Counted from the first letter of the stretch, positions 33,605-45,578 are shown. The stretch: DNA of 64,000 nt from an uncultured Holophagales bacterium (GCA_963842525.1 CAWJGT010000001.1:352001-416000), one strand, 5' to 3'. The notes: generated by a model from the letters alone, not told the origin. Numbers and translations: made by a program.

Positions 33605-34892
33605 AGCTCTGGTGGTGACGCTCCGCGAGGGTGTCGAAGCGGCCCTGGTGGTGGGCATCATCGTGGCCTTTCTGCGCCGGGAGGGGGGCGACCGCTACCT
33701 GGGCGCCGTCTGGTCCGGCATCGCCGTCGCGACCGTGGCGAGCCTGGCCGGCGCATGGCTCCTCTACCGGTGGGCGGTCAACGAGGAGGCCTTCGAGGGG
33801 ATCCTCTACATGGGCTCGGCGGTCATCGTCGGCTCGATGATGATCTGGATGTGGCGGCATGCCCGTTCGCTGTCCGGCGAGATGAAGGGCTCCCTCGGTC
33901 GCATCCTCGGCCGCGAGCGGGCCGGCTCGGTCTGTGCAGGCCTCTTTCTCTTCACCTTCCTCATGGTCTTCCGCGAGGGCGTGGAGACGGTGCTCTTCCT
34001 CGCCGCCCTGTCGCTCACGACCTCGGGCCTGCTGGCCAGCCTGGGCGTGCTGATCGGTCTGGCGGCGGCCGTGGCGTTCGGCGTCTTCTTCGTGCGTGGG
34101 AGCCTGCGGATCGACCTCGGGCGTTTCTTCAAGATCACCGGCATCGCGCTGGCGATCTTCCTCGTCCAGCTCCTGGTCAACGGCTATCACGAGCTCTCCG
34201 AGGCGGGCTGGCTGCCGGCCAACGAGACGACCATGGCCACGGTCGGCCCGCTGGTGCGCAACCAGGTCTTCTTCATCGCCGCCGTCCTGATCCTGCCGCT
34301 GCTGCTCCTCCTCGTCCCCGGTACGGCGCGGCCGGCTTCGATCAAGCCGGACGGTACGGCGCAGGTCCGGCTGGACCGGGCGCTCGCCCAGCGCCAGGCG
34401 CGTGCCCGGATGCTGGGCGGTGTGCTCGGGGTCATCATCCTGGCGATCCTCGGCTTCGGGTTCGTCTATGCCCGGCCGCCGGCGACGCTCTCGCCTGCGC
34501 AGCCGGTCGCGGTCGGTGCGGACGGCCGGGTGCGCATCCCTCTCTCGACCTTCCAGGGGGCGCGGCTCCAGCGGTTCTCGGCCCTGGTGGACGGCCACCC
34601 GGTGCGCTTCATCGCCGTTCCGGTGGAGGAGGGCGGACCGATCGCCACCGCGTTCGACGCCTGCGACATCTGCGGGCCGCGCGGGTACTACCAGGACGGC
34701 CCTTCGATCACATGTTTCCACTGCGGCTCGGCCATCTTTCCGCCCAGCATCGGCCAGATGGGGGGCTGCAACCCGGCGCCGCTGCCCTCGCGCATCGAGG
34801 GGGACGCGCTCGTCATCACGGCCTCGGACCTGGCGGCAGGAGCGCCGCGGTTCGCGGACGGGGCGGCCGACCATACGGGGCACTCCGGGTAG
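33597..34892 (+). CDS. FTR1 iron permease fused to a DUF2318 (Cys-rich) domain
   Basis: Two REGVE motifs; C-terminal DAC.ICG..GYYQ....TC.HC......IG..GGCNP.PL. Confidence 0.88.
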   Translation: MFEALVVTLREGVEAALVVGIIVAFLRREGGDRYLGAVWSGIAVATVASLAGAWLLYRWAVNEEAFEGILYMGSAVIVGSMMIWMWRHARSLSGEMKGSLGRILGRERAGSVCAGLFLFTFLMVFREGVETVLFLAALSLTTSGLLASLGVLIGLAAAVAFGVFFVRGSLRIDLGRFFKITGIALAIFLVQLLVNGYHELSEAGWLPANETTMATVGPLVRNQVFFIAAVLILPLLLLLVPGTARPASIKPDGTAQVRLDRALAQRQARARMLGGVLGVIILAILGFGFVYARPPATLSPAQPVAVGADGRVRIPLSTFQGARLQRFSALVDGHPVRFIAVPVEEGGPIATAFDACDICGPRGYYQDGPSITCFHCGSAIFPPSIGQMGGCNPAPLPSRIEGDALVITASDLAAGAPRFADGAADHTGHSG

Positions 34893-34899
34893 GTCCGCC

Positions 34900-36123
34900 A
34901 TGTATGCCCGCCTGCTGCTCGAATCGTTGCGCCGCGGCACCCGCCGGAAGCTCCTGGCCGTTTCCGCTGTAGCGCTCGGCACGCTGGGCGCGACGGCTCT
35001 GGCCGAGGTGATGCTCTCTTCGGGAGACCGGATGGCGGCCGAGTTGAGCTCCTACGGGGCCAACCTGGAGGTCCTCCCCGCCGACGGCCGCGGCACGCTG
35101 GCGGTCGCGGACCTCGGCCGCCTCCGTAAAATCTTCTGGCGCAACAACATCGTCGCGTTCGCGCCGCTCTATCCGTTGCGTGTGCGGCTGGCTCCCGAAG
35201 GGCTCGTGGCCCCGCTGGTCGGCACCTGGTTCGACCGCGAGGTGGAATCAGGCTGGCGCACGGGCCTGCCGCGGGTGAGGCCGACCCTGCGGCTCGAGGG
35301 GCGCTGGCCATCCGATGACCGGGACGAGCGGGCCGAGGTGGTGCTGGGGCGCCGCCTCGCCGAGCGGCTCGGGCTGAAGACGGGCGACGAGCTGACGGCG
35401 GCCCTGGGGTCCACGGAGGAGCGGCTGCGGGTGGTCGGGATCGTGGCGAGCGGCGGCGAGGAGGACGAGCAGGCCTTCGCGCCGATCGAGCGCGTGCAGC
35501 GGCTTGCCGGGCGGCCGGGGCGCTTCGTCCGCGGCGAGGTCTTCGCCTTGACCAACCCCGAGGCGGCGAACAGGCGCGATCCGCGGCGGATGAGCCCTGA
35601 GGAGTACGAGGCCTGGTATTGCACGGCCTATCCATCCTCGATCGCGTTCCAGATCGACGAGGCCGTCCCCGGCGGGCGGACGCGGATCGTCTACGGCATC
35701 ACCACGGCCACGGCGGAGGTCCTCGGCCGCCTGCAAGGCGTGCTGCTCGCCCTGGCCGCGGTGGCGCTGCTGGGAGCCGCGGTCGGAGTCACGGCCGCCA
35801 TGACGGCCACGGTCCTGGAGCGGCGGCTGGAGGCGGGCCTGATGGTCGCCCTCGGGGCGCCGCGCGCCCACGTGGTGCTGTTCTTCCTCAGCGAGGCCGC
35901 GGCGCTCGGGCTGCTCGGCGGCCTCGCCGGCGGCGCGGCCGGCCTGGTCGGCGGCCGGCTGCTGGGCAGCGGGGCCCTGGGCATCGCCGTGCCCTGGATG
36001 CCGCAGCTCCTGCCGTTCGCCGCGCTGCTCGGTCTGGCGGTGGCCGTCCTGTCCAGTATCGCTCCCGTGCTGCGCGCCCTGGAACGCTATCCCGCGGACA
36101 TCCTCAAGAGGGCCGCGGCCTGA
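34900..36123 (+). CDS. FtsX-type ABC permease (iron uptake associated)
   Basis: EL.SYGANL.V, WYCTAY, VLERR.E.GLM.ALGA. Confidence 0.85.
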   Translation: MYARLLLESLRRGTRRKLLAVSAVALGTLGATALAEVMLSSGDRMAAELSSYGANLEVLPADGRGTLAVADLGRLRKIFWRNNIVAFAPLYPLRVRLAPEGLVAPLVGTWFDREVESGWRTGLPRVRPTLRLEGRWPSDDRDERAEVVLGRRLAERLGLKTGDELTAALGSTEERLRVVGIVASGGEEDEQAFAPIERVQRLAGRPGRFVRGEVFALTNPEAANRRDPRRMSPEEYEAWYCTAYPSSIAFQIDEAVPGGRTRIVYGITTATAEVLGRLQGVLLALAAVALLGAAVGVTAAMTATVLERRLEAGLMVALGAPRAHVVLFFLSEAAALGLLGGLAGGAAGLVGGRLLGSGALGIAVPWMPQLLPFAALLGLAVAVLSSIAPVLRALERYPADILKRAAA

Positions 36124-36938
36124 TGGTCGCCCGGCTCGTCTTCGCCAGCCTGCGCCGGCGGTTCCGCCAGCTCGCGCTGATCCTCGCCGCGGTCGCGGTG
36201 GCCGCGGCCACCGTCGCCGCTCTGGCCGGCTTCTCGGCCCGGGCCCACGGTCGGTTCGGCGAGAGCCTGTCGGCCTTCGGAGCCAATCTGATGGTCCGGC
36301 CGCAGATCGGGGGTCTGGAGAAGATCCCGCGCGAAGTGGTCGAGAGGGTGCGGGCCGTCCCGGGGGTGCAGACGGCGACGGGCTCCCCGGAGGCGAGGAA
36401 CGTCCAGGGCTTCGATCGCATCGAGGTGCGGGCCGCGCCGGACCGGCTGGAAGAGATCGAGCGCGCCATCGAGAGCAAGGTCGAAGGGGTCGAGGCCCGG
36501 CGAATCCTGCGGGTCAGTGAATCGGACGCCCGCGTGACCCGGAGGCTGATGCTGCTGCTGGTCGCGGTGAGCGCCGTCTCCCTGCTGCTTGCGCTCCTCT
36601 CCGTGGGCGCCGCGACCACGGCCCTGGTGGGGGAGCGGCGCGTCGAAATCGGCCTGCTGATGGCGCTCGGATACACGGGCCGCAGGGTGGCGCAGCTGTT
36701 CGCGGCCGAGCTGCTCGTAGCGGCCCTCGTGGCGGGGCTTGCGGGGCAGCTCCTGGGAGAGCTCGCGGCGAGCGGCCTGGCGCGCCGGGTGCTCGGCACG
36801 ACCGGCTCCCTCTCGCTCACCTGGAGCGGCTTCGCGGCGGCGGCCACGGTGGCCGTGCTGGTCGTCGGCACGTCGATGCTCCTCGCGCTCCGCCGGGTCG
36901 AGCGGCTGGACGCGGCCCGGGTGCTGCGAGGGGAGTGA
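36123..36938 (+). CDS. FtsX-type ABC permease, short
   Basis: L.AFGANL.V, ERRVEIGLL.ALG, LDAARVLRGE; start overlaps the previous stop. Confidence 0.85.
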   Translation: MVARLVFASLRRRFRQLALILAAVAVAAATVAALAGFSARAHGRFGESLSAFGANLMVRPQIGGLEKIPREVVERVRAVPGVQTATGSPEARNVQGFDRIEVRAAPDRLEEIERAIESKVEGVEARRILRVSESDARVTRRLMLLLVAVSAVSLLLALLSVGAATTALVGERRVEIGLLMALGYTGRRVAQLFAAELLVAALVAGLAGQLLGELAASGLARRVLGTTGSLSLTWSGFAAAATVAVLVVGTSMLLALRRVERLDAARVLRGE

Positions 36939-36945
36939 GGCCGCC

Positions 36946-38000
<1,055 letters not shown>

Positions 38001-38004
<4 letters not shown>

Positions 38005-39074
38005 GGACCTCACCATTCCTCGCTGCCACGCTTCTCCTGGCCGCCTGCGCCTCGCCTCCGCTCCCGCGGCTGGACGAGAGTGCGGGCCTCGTCGAGCGCC
38101 GTCTCTCAATGATGGGCACCTCGCTCGACGTAGCCGTCGAGGCAAGGGACCGGGAGACGGCCCTGGCGGCGAGCGAGCGGGCGGTTGCGGCCCTCGAGGC
38201 TGCCGAGGCGCGGCTGTCCACATGGCGGGACGATACGGAGCTGGCCCGTCTCAACCGGGCCCCGGCCGGGGAGCGGGTCGCGCTCTCGCCGGAGCTGGCG
38301 GCCGATCTCACCGCGGCCCGGAGCTGCTGGATGGAGACGGACGGCGCCTTCGATCCCGCGGTCGGTCCCCTGGTCCGTGCCTGGGGGCTGCGCACCGGGG
38401 GCCGGCTGCCCGATCCCGAGGAGCTGCGCCGCGCCTTGGCCGCGACCGGGCTGGACGGGCTCCGCCTGGAACCGGGGGCCGCGGTCCGCGAACGGCCTGG
38501 CCTGGTCCTGGAGGAGGGAGGCTTCGGCAAGGGGGCGGGCCTCGCCGCGGCGCTCGCGGCGCTCGCGGGAACTCCTGGAATCTCGCGGGTTGCGCTCGAC
38601 CTGGGCGGACAGGTCGCGGTCCTCTCCCAGACGGGCGAGCCCTGGGCGGTCCCGGTGGCCGATCCGCGGCGCCGCGACCTCTCCGTGATCGAGCTGTCGA
38701 TCGGCCGCGGCTCGGTCTCGACCTCGGGCAACAGCGAGCGGGGGATCGTGGCCGGCGGCGAGCGCCTCGGCCACCTCCTCGACCCGCGGACCGGCCGGCC
38801 GGCCCCCGACTTCGGGAGCCTCACGGTCTGGGCGGTCGATCCCCTGCTGGCGGACTGCCTGTCGACCGGCCTCTATGTGATGGGCCCGGAGGCGGCGCTC
38901 GCCTGGGCGGCCCGGCATCCGGGCATCGAGGTGCTGGTGCTCCGTCCCCGGGGCGAGCGGCTCGAAGCGCTGGCCACCCCGGGCCTGGAAGGAAAGATGC
39001 GGGCCTTGGCCACGGAGGTCGACGTCCGATTCTGGAGCAGGGAGGAGCCCTCGCCGGAACGCCTGGGAGGGTGA
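38001..39074 (+). CDS. apbE: FAD:protein FMN transferase lipoprotein
   Basis: Lipobox LAAC, MMGT, TDGAFDP.VGPL..AW, GG.GKG, STSGN.ER, HLLDPRTG, AD.LST. Confidence 0.88.
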
Positions 39075-39172
39075 ATGACAACCGAGGGCGGCGGGTCGCG
39101 GCGCCAACCGGATCGGCCCGCCGTCCTCTCGACCGCGTGGCGCGTCAACGCCGCGCAGCAAGGAGACTGTAC

Positions 39173-40531
39173 ATGACTTCGTCCCGATGGGGGGTCGTCT
39201 GGGTGTTGGTGCTGCTGTTCTGCCTGCCGGCCATGCCGGTGCTCGGGCAGTCGCAGGAGGAGCGGATCCAGCAGCTCGAGCGGGAGGTCGAGGCCCTGCG
39301 GGGCCAGGTAGCCGCCATGAAGAGCGGAGGAGGCCAGGAGGACGATGCCCGGCTCACCGAGCTCGAGCGCCGGATCGAGGTCCTCGCCGGCGAGATCGAG
39401 CGTCTGCGGATCGGCGAGGCGGCGGCGACCGCCGACACCAGCCAGTACGGTTTCGGCCCGGCGGCCTCCAAGGTCTACCGGACCGAGCGGGGCCTGTCGA
39501 TCGGCGGCTACGGCGAGCTGCTCTACCAGAATTTCGACGACGAGCGCGACGACGGGGCGCCCTCCGGCAAAACTGACACCTTCGATCTCCTGCGCGGGGT
39601 CGTCTACTTCGGTTACAAGTTCGACGACCGCTGGCTGCTCAACACGGAGGTCGAGTACGAGCACGCCGGCAGCGAGGTGTCGGTCGAGTTCGCCTATGTC
39701 GACTTCCTCTGGCGCCCGCAGGCGGGCTTCCGGGCCGGCCTGCTGCTGGTGCCCATGGGCTTCCTCAACGAGCTCCACGAGCCCACCGTCTTCCTCGGGG
39801 CCATGCGCCCCGACATCGAGAACGTCATCCTGCCGACCACCTGGAGGGAGAACGGCCTCGGGCTCTTCGGAGACTTGGGTCCCTTCACGTACCGCACCTA
39901 TATCGTCAACGGCTTCCGGGGCGCTGGCTTTACGGCCGGCGGCCTGCGCGGGGGGCGGCAGAAGGGCAATCAGGCCAAGGCCGAGGACTTCGCCTGGGTC
40001 GGCCGGCTCGATTTCACCGGGATGCCCGGCCTGCTGGCCGGCGGCTCGGCCTACGTGGGCGACTCGGGGCAGGATCTGAAGACGCCGGCGGGGCGCGATG
40101 TTGCGGTCGGGACCAAAATCCTCGAAGGGCATCTCGAATATCGATGGCGCGGGCTGGAATTCCGCGCTCTGGGCGTCCAGGCCGAGCTCGACGACGTCGC
40201 GGACCTGAACGCGGCGCTCGGGCTGACCGGGAGCGCCTCCGTGGGCGAGCGGCTTTCGGGCTGGTACCTGCAGCTCGGCTACGACCTGCTCGCCGGCCGC
40301 GGTGGACAGACGTCGTTCATCCCTTATGCGCGCTGGGAGAGCTACAACACCCAGCACGAAGTACCTGCGGGCTTCCGCGCCAACCGCGCCAACGACGTCG
40401 AGAGCCTCACCCTCGGCCTCGCCTTCAAACCGATCGACCAGCTCATCCTGAAAGTCGATCATCAGAATTACGACAACATGGCGGGGACCGGGACCGATCA
40501 ATTCAATGTCCTGTTCGGCTTCATCTTCTGA
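39173..40531 (+). CDS. Outer-membrane beta-barrel (porin-like) with N-terminal coiled coil
   Basis: Signal peptide, coiled coil, IGGYGE, E.EYEH, VEFAY.D, N..HEP, C-terminal F; AAGGAG SD. Confidence 0.8.
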   Translation: MTSSRWGVVWVLVLLFCLPAMPVLGQSQEERIQQLEREVEALRGQVAAMKSGGGQEDDARLTELERRIEVLAGEIERLRIGEAAATADTSQYGFGPAASKVYRTERGLSIGGYGELLYQNFDDERDDGAPSGKTDTFDLLRGVVYFGYKFDDRWLLNTEVEYEHAGSEVSVEFAYVDFLWRPQAGFRAGLLLVPMGFLNELHEPTVFLGAMRPDIENVILPTTWRENGLGLFGDLGPFTYRTYIVNGFRGAGFTAGGLRGGRQKGNQAKAEDFAWVGRLDFTGMPGLLAGGSAYVGDSGQDLKTPAGRDVAVGTKILEGHLEYRWRGLEFRALGVQAELDDVADLNAALGLTGSASVGERLSGWYLQLGYDLLAGRGGQTSFIPYARWESYNTQHEVPAGFRANRANDVESLTLGLAFKPIDQLILKVDHQNYDNMAGTGTDQFNVLFGFIF

Positions 40532-41096
40532 GGCTTCCGAGCGTGGGGGTAGGGGCGCCTTCGGGCGCCTCTCCCTGCTGCTTGCCCTGCTCGGCTCGCT
40601 CGCCGTTCCCGGTGCAGCCAAGGTCTTCCTGTCCGTCGACGAGGCGCTGCGGCTCGCCTTTCCGGGGGCGAAGGTCGAGCGGCGCACCGCCTACCTCACG
40701 GCCGAGCAACTGCGGCGCGCCCGCGAGCTGGCGGGCGTCGAGGTGCCGAGCGCGCTGGCCACCTACTACGCCGCCGTGCGCGACGGCAAGCCCGCCGGCA
40801 CGGCCTGGTTCAACACCCACCGCGTGCGCACCCTGCCGGAGAACCTGATGATCGTCGTCGACCCCCAGGGCCGGGTGGCGCGCGTCGAGGTCATCTCCTT
40901 CCGGGAGCCCGAGGAGTACATGCCGCGGGGGGCCTGGTACGACCAGTTCCGGGGCAAGGGTCTGGAGCCGGACCTGCGGCTCAAGCGGGCCATCCGGCCG
41001 GTGACCGGAGCCACCTTGACGGCCCGGGCCACGACGGACGCCGTCCGGCGCGTGCTCGCGCTCCACCGAACGGTCCTGGGGACGGGAGTCCCGTGA
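40506..41096 (+). CDS. FMN-binding (flavinylated) extracytoplasmic protein
   Basis: Signal-like N-terminus, F.EP.EY, W..QF.GK, VTGATLT flavinylation motif; start uncertain. Confidence 0.8.
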   Translation: MSCSASSSEASERGGRGAFGRLSLLLALLGSLAVPGAAKVFLSVDEALRLAFPGAKVERRTAYLTAEQLRRARELAGVEVPSALATYYAAVRDGKPAGTAWFNTHRVRTLPENLMIVVDPQGRVARVEVISFREPEEYMPRGAWYDQFRGKGLEPDLRLKRAIRPVTGATLTARATTDAVRRVLALHRTVLGTGVP

Positions 41097-41524
41097 GCCG
41101 TTTCGAGGCCCTGCTCCTCCACCTTTCGACCGCGTTGGTCGGCGGCACCGGCCTGGTCTACGCCTGGATGATCTATCTCGTCCGTCCGTCCGATCCGTAC
41201 GCAGTGGTCAACCACGCGTGGCAGCCTCATCTCCAGCACCTGCACATCCTCGTCGCGCCGCTGCTGGTGTTCGCCGCCGGCCTCGTCTGGAAACGGCACA
41301 TCTGGGCCGGCGTGACGTCGGGAGCCGGGCAGAGCCGCCGCACCGGCCTGGCCCTTGCCCTGGCATTCGTGCCGATGGCGGCCTCCGGCTACCTCCTCCA
41401 GACTGCGGTGGAGCCGGGCTGGAGGAAGGCCTGGATGATCGTCCACCTGGCGGCGTCCACGCTCTGGCTGCTCGGCTATCTCGCCCACGGCATCCAGGCG
41501 TGGTGGGGGCGGGAGACGCCCTGA
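41093..41524 (+). CDS. Four-TM His-containing membrane protein (cytochrome b-like)
   Basis: Four hydrophobic segments with conserved-looking His (HLH, KRHI, VHL, LAH); GTGA-coupled. Confidence 0.6.
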   Translation: MSRFEALLLHLSTALVGGTGLVYAWMIYLVRPSDPYAVVNHAWQPHLQHLHILVAPLLVFAAGLVWKRHIWAGVTSGAGQSRRTGLALALAFVPMAASGYLLQTAVEPGWRKAWMIVHLAASTLWLLGYLAHGIQAWWGRETP

Positions 41525-41555
41525 CGGCTGTGGCGGGTGGTGGACCAGGGCGTCT

Positions 41556-42569
41556 TTATTTTTTCGGCACCTCGCCCCAGCGGTGCTCCACCTGGAGCGG
41601 CTCGCCGGTGCCGGTGCCGAGGAACCAGAGGACCGAGGGGTTCGGCCGCACCGACCCGATCCGCAGCTCTCCTTCGCCGGGTCCGGTGATCGTGAGCGTG
41701 GCGGCCAGGCCTTGGGCGTCGGCGGCCATGTCGGTGACCGCGAGCGTGGCCACAACTCCCTGTGCGGGCTTGCCGGTCCGCTGGCTCACGTAGGGTGCGA
41801 AGGTTTCGCCCGCCACCCGCAGCGGACGCTCCGCCGCGACCGCGATGGCGAGGGCGCGGTCGCGCAGCAGGACACGGCCCGGAGGCTGGGTCATCCCGGG
41901 CAGCTTCGGCAGGTTGACGCGCCACCCCTTCCCGTCGAGCCCGGCGCCGATGCCCCGGTAGACGTTTCCCAACTGCACGAAGGCGTTGCCGGCTCCTTGC
42001 CGGCGCAGGATCTCGACGGCCCGGTCGACCGCCAGCCCCTCGGCGAACCCCCAGAGGTCCAGAGCGCTCCCGGCAGCCAGAGCTGCGGTGCGATTGCCGG
42101 GGTCCAGCCGCAGCCGGCCGCACGCGGCCGCATCCACGGCGCGCTGGAGGGCCTCGGGGTCCTGGAGCGGCGGTTTCTCGACAGAGGACCGCAGGCCCCA
42201 CAGGCGGTAGAGGTCCCGGCCGAGCGGACCGTGCGCCTGCTCCGACCACTGGCAGAAGCCGAGCGTGCGCTCGAGCGCCGCGAACAGGAGAGGATCGACC
42301 TCTGTGGGCCTTGGCCGGCGGCGGCGTTCAGGGCGGCCAGGCCGGCGCCGGCACGGTGCGGGTCGGCCTCCGGGTCGATCAGGGTCTCGTACGCGGTTAC
42401 TTCGTCAAGGGCCGCCTGGACGGCTTCGCTGGCCCTGTCACGGGAGAGGTCGCGGACCTCGATTTCGAGGGGCTGTTGGAATGCGGAACCGGCAATGCGG
42501 AGCGGCTCGACGGCGGAAGGCCGCCGCGGTTTCCGCCGCGAGCAGGAGCGTGACAACGAGGTGGAGCAT
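41556..42569 (-). CDS. Second, divergent ApbE-like protein, frameshifted
   Basis: L.ALNAAAG.GP, LDLWGFAEG.AVDRA, G.GW.V.LP, QRTGKP, A.DA..LA across ORFs 41556..42137, 41891..42556 and 42438..42626. Confidence 0.72.
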
Positions 42570-42704
42570 GGAGGAATGATAAAGGGTCAGCCCCGGCCCG
42601 TGCCGCCGTCGCGCACCAGGAAACACTCAATGACGGCGCAATCGCAGAGCAACAGCTCCCTCCAGGCTGCCCGAAGGGTCTTCCCCCAAGGCAGCTTCTT
42701 TTTT

Positions 42705-43928
42705 TCAGCGGAGCCGCACGCGGGCGAAGCGGCGTTTGCCGACCTTGAGCAGGTAGGGCTCCGGCCGCACCGCGACCTCGAAGAACGGGTCGTCGACGCG
42801 TGTGCCGTCGATCGCGACCGCTCCCTGCTCGATCAGCCGGCGGGCTTCGGCGTTGCTCGCGGCGAGCTCGGCGGCGGCGAGCAGCTTGACCAGGGGCCAG
42901 GCGCCGTCGAGCTCCCGCTCGGGTACCTCGTCCGGCACGCCGCCGGCGCGGAAGACCTTCTCGAACTCTGCTTCCGCCTGCCGGGCCGCCTCTTCGCCGT
43001 GATAATCGGCGACCAGCCGCCGGGCCAGCTCCTGCTTGACCGCCTTGGGGTGGAGCTCGCCCGCCTCGACCCCGCGGCGGCGGCCGGCGATCTCCTCCTG
43101 GGGGAGATCGGTGAGCAGCAGATACCAATCCCAGAGCAGGGAGTCGGGGATCGACATGGTCTTGCCGTAGACGTCGGTGGGCGTGTCCTCGACGGCGATG
43201 GCGTTGCCCAGGCTCTTGGACATCTTGTCGGCGCCGTCGGTCCCGACGAGGAGCGGCACGGTGAGGACGACCTGCGGCTCCAGCCCCTCCTCCTTCATCA
43301 GGTCGCGCCCGACCAGGAGGTTGAAGATCTGGTCGTGCCCGCCGAGCTCCACGTCCGCCTTGAGGGCGATCGAATCGTAGGCCTGGGCCAGGGGGTAGAG
43401 CAGCTCGTGCAGGTGGATCGGCCGGTTCTCCTGGAAGCGGGTGCGGAAGTCCTCCCGCTCCATCATGCGGGCCAGCGTATAGCGCCCGGCGAGCCGGACG
43501 ATGCCGTCGGCGCCGAGCGCCAGGAGCCAGCGGTTGTTGTTGTCGATCACCGTCTCGCGCTCGTCGAGGATGCGGAAGACCTGCCGCAGGTAGGTGCGGG
43601 CGTTGGCCTCCACCTCCTCCTCGCTGAGCTGGGGCCGGGTCACCTTCTTGCCGGTGGGGTCGCCGATCCGGGCCGTGAAGCCGCCGATGAGGAAGACCAC
43701 GCGGTGGCCGAGCTGCTGGAAGTGCCGCATCTTGCGGATCAGCACGGTATGGCCGAGATGGAGGTCCGGCGACGACGGGTCGAAGCCGGTCTTGACCGTC
43801 AGCGGCTCGCCGGTGCGGCGCGACCGCTCGAGCTTGGCGCGGAGCTGCCCGCGGTCGACGAGGTCGACGGCGCCGCGCTGGAGCAGCTCCATCTGCTCGT
43901 CGGCGGGGGGGAAATCCTGGCGGGGCAT
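42705..43928 (-). CDS. tyrS: Tyrosine--tRNA ligase
   Basis: GFDP...DLHLGH, GDPTGK, YPL.QAYD, GG.DQ.FN, KMSKS, C-terminal S4 domain. Confidence 0.97.
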   Translation of the reverse strand: MPRQDFPPADEQMELLQRGAVDLVDRGQLRAKLERSRRTGEPLTVKTGFDPSSPDLHLGHTVLIRKMRHFQQLGHRVVFLIGGFTARIGDPTGKKVTRPQLSEEEVEANARTYLRQVFRILDERETVIDNNNRWLLALGADGIVRLAGRYTLARMMEREDFRTRFQENRPIHLHELLYPLAQAYDSIALKADVELGGHDQIFNLLVGRDLMKEEGLEPQVVLTVPLLVGTDGADKMSKSLGNAIAVEDTPTDVYGKTMSIPDSLLWDWYLLLTDLPQEEIAGRRRGVEAGELHPKAVKQELARRLVADYHGEEAARQAEAEFEKVFRAGGVPDEVPERELDGAWPLVKLLAAAELAASNAEARRLIEQGAVAIDGTRVDDPFFEVAVRPEPYLLKVGKRRFARVRLR

Positions 43929-43938
43929 TCGGAGATGA

Positions 43939-44670
43939 TCAGAAGTTGATGTATTCGAGCTCGGGCTTGAGCACCGGAACGTCGGCGGGAGGCCGGCTGC
44001 GCAGCTCGGGCCGCTTGAAGTGGAGGGCCAGCCAGGCGCCGAACACCGCGCCGAACATCCGGAAGCGGGCCTCGACGCCGGGCAGGAAGCCGCGCTTCTT
44101 CTCTTTGACCACGTGCTTCAGGTTGTACAGCACGAACGTGGTGATGCGGCAGCCGAGCCGGCGGCACGACCAGTTGAGGCCGGTCTCGATGGCGAACCCT
44201 TCGAGGTGGCTCTCCGGGACCGCCTCGAAGACCTCGCGCCGCAGGCAGCGGATGCCCGACAGCAGCGGCCCCGTGCGGCGGTGGAGCGCATCGACCACAC
44301 TGCCACGGTGGCGGATGCCGATGTTCATGTCCGACCGGCCGGAGAGGACCGGCTCGATGAGCTGGGTCAGCACCGACTCGGTCAGATTGAGGATGTCGCC
44401 GTCGACGAACAGCAGGATCGGAGCGTTCGTGTGCTCGACCCCGACGGCCATGGCCATCCCCTTGCCGTGGTTCTCCCGCAGATGGATGGTGCGCACGCCG
44501 AGGTCGCGCGCGACGCCGACGGTGCCGTCGGTGGAGCCGTCGGAGATCACCAGGATCTCCTGGATGACGGGCGTGGTCTTGAGGACCTTGACGACCTCGG
44601 CCAGGGTCACCTGCTCGTTGTACGCCGGTACGATGGCCGCGATGCGCCGGTGGCTCGGGACGGTGCTCAT
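43939..44670 (-). CDS. Glycosyltransferase family 2
   Basis: IVPAYNE, DGSTDGT, N.GKG.A, FVDGD, LSG.R, FAIE. Confidence 0.88.
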   Translation of the reverse strand: MSTVPSHRRIAAIVPAYNEQVTLAEVVKVLKTTPVIQEILVISDGSTDGTVGVARDLGVRTIHLRENHGKGMAMAVGVEHTNAPILLFVDGDILNLTESVLTQLIEPVLSGRSDMNIGIRHRGSVVDALHRRTGPLLSGIRCLRREVFEAVPESHLEGFAIETGLNWSCRRLGCRITTFVLYNLKHVVKEKKRGFLPGVEARFRMFGAVFGAWLALHFKRPELRSRPPADVPVLKPELEYINF

Positions 44671-44711
44671 TCGTCGACCTCTCGATCCGGCACCATATAA
44701 TGAAATCGTCC

Positions 44712-45578
44712 TCAGGCAGTGTTTCGAGCATCCTGCGCCGGCTCCCAGGACGGCGGAGCGGGCTCGACCTCGGCCGCCGGGAGCAGCTCTCCCCGGGCGA
44801 CGATGCGGGCGTCGCCGGCGAGGAGCCAGCGGCCGGTCTGCCGGTCCGCATCCACCTCCAGCTCGAACCCCCCCTGGGTCGCCGCCCGCAGCGGCAGCGC
44901 CACGCTCCCGAGCGCGAGGCCCACGGCCGACCCGGCCAGCACACCGGACCCGCAGGAGAGCGTCTCGTCCTCCACGCCGCGCTCGAAGGTCCGGATCTCC
45001 ATTCGATCCCTGCCGGGAAAGCGGACGAAATTCACGTTGGTCCCCTCCTCGCCGAAGGCCGCATGCGACCGGAGCGCCGGTCCCAGGGTGCGGACCGGGG
45101 CGCGGTCGAGACCCTCCGGCCAGACCAGCACGAAGTGGGGAACCCCGACCCGCAGCGCGTATCCTGCATGAGCGATGCCGTCCACCTCGACCGTGAGCTC
45201 CCGCGGCGTCTCCACGGCCTCCACCTCCAAGGCGACCCGGGTCGCATCGAGGCGGCGCGCCGCCACGGCGCCGGCCCCGGTCTCGATCCGCACGGCGCCG
45301 TCGGCCCATCCCAGATGAAAGGCGAGCTGGGCGGCGCACCGGGTGCCGTTCAGGCAGAGGTCGGCGGGCAGGCCGTCGGCGTTGAAGTAGTCCATGGCCA
45401 CGCCGTCACGGGTCCGGTGGAGGAGGAAGAGGCCGTCGGCGCCGAGGGAGAGGCCACGGCGGCACCAGGCGCGGATGCGCTCCGGCGGTGGTGTCGCGGC
45501 CGGCTCGGCCGCTTCGGCCGTTTCAGCAAGGGCCAGGAAGTCGTTGCCGCTGCCGGAGAGCTTGAAGAAGCCGGTCAT
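44712..45578 (-). CDS. dapF: Diaminopimelate epimerase
   Basis: K.SG.GNDF, GADG, NADG...LC.NG.RC, NVNF, RTFERGVEDETLSCGSG. Confidence 0.95.
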   Translation of the reverse strand: MTGFFKLSGSGNDFLALAETAEAAEPAATPPPERIRAWCRRGLSLGADGLFLLHRTRDGVAMDYFNADGLPADLCLNGTRCAAQLAFHLGWADGAVRIETGAGAVAARRLDATRVALEVEAVETPRELTVEVDGIAHAGYALRVGVPHFVLVWPEGLDRAPVRTLGPALRSHAAFGEEGTNVNFVRFPGRDRMEIRTFERGVEDETLSCGSGVLAGSAVGLALGSVALPLRAATQGGFELEVDADRQTGRWLLAGDARIVARGELLPAAEVEPAPPSWEPAQDARNTA

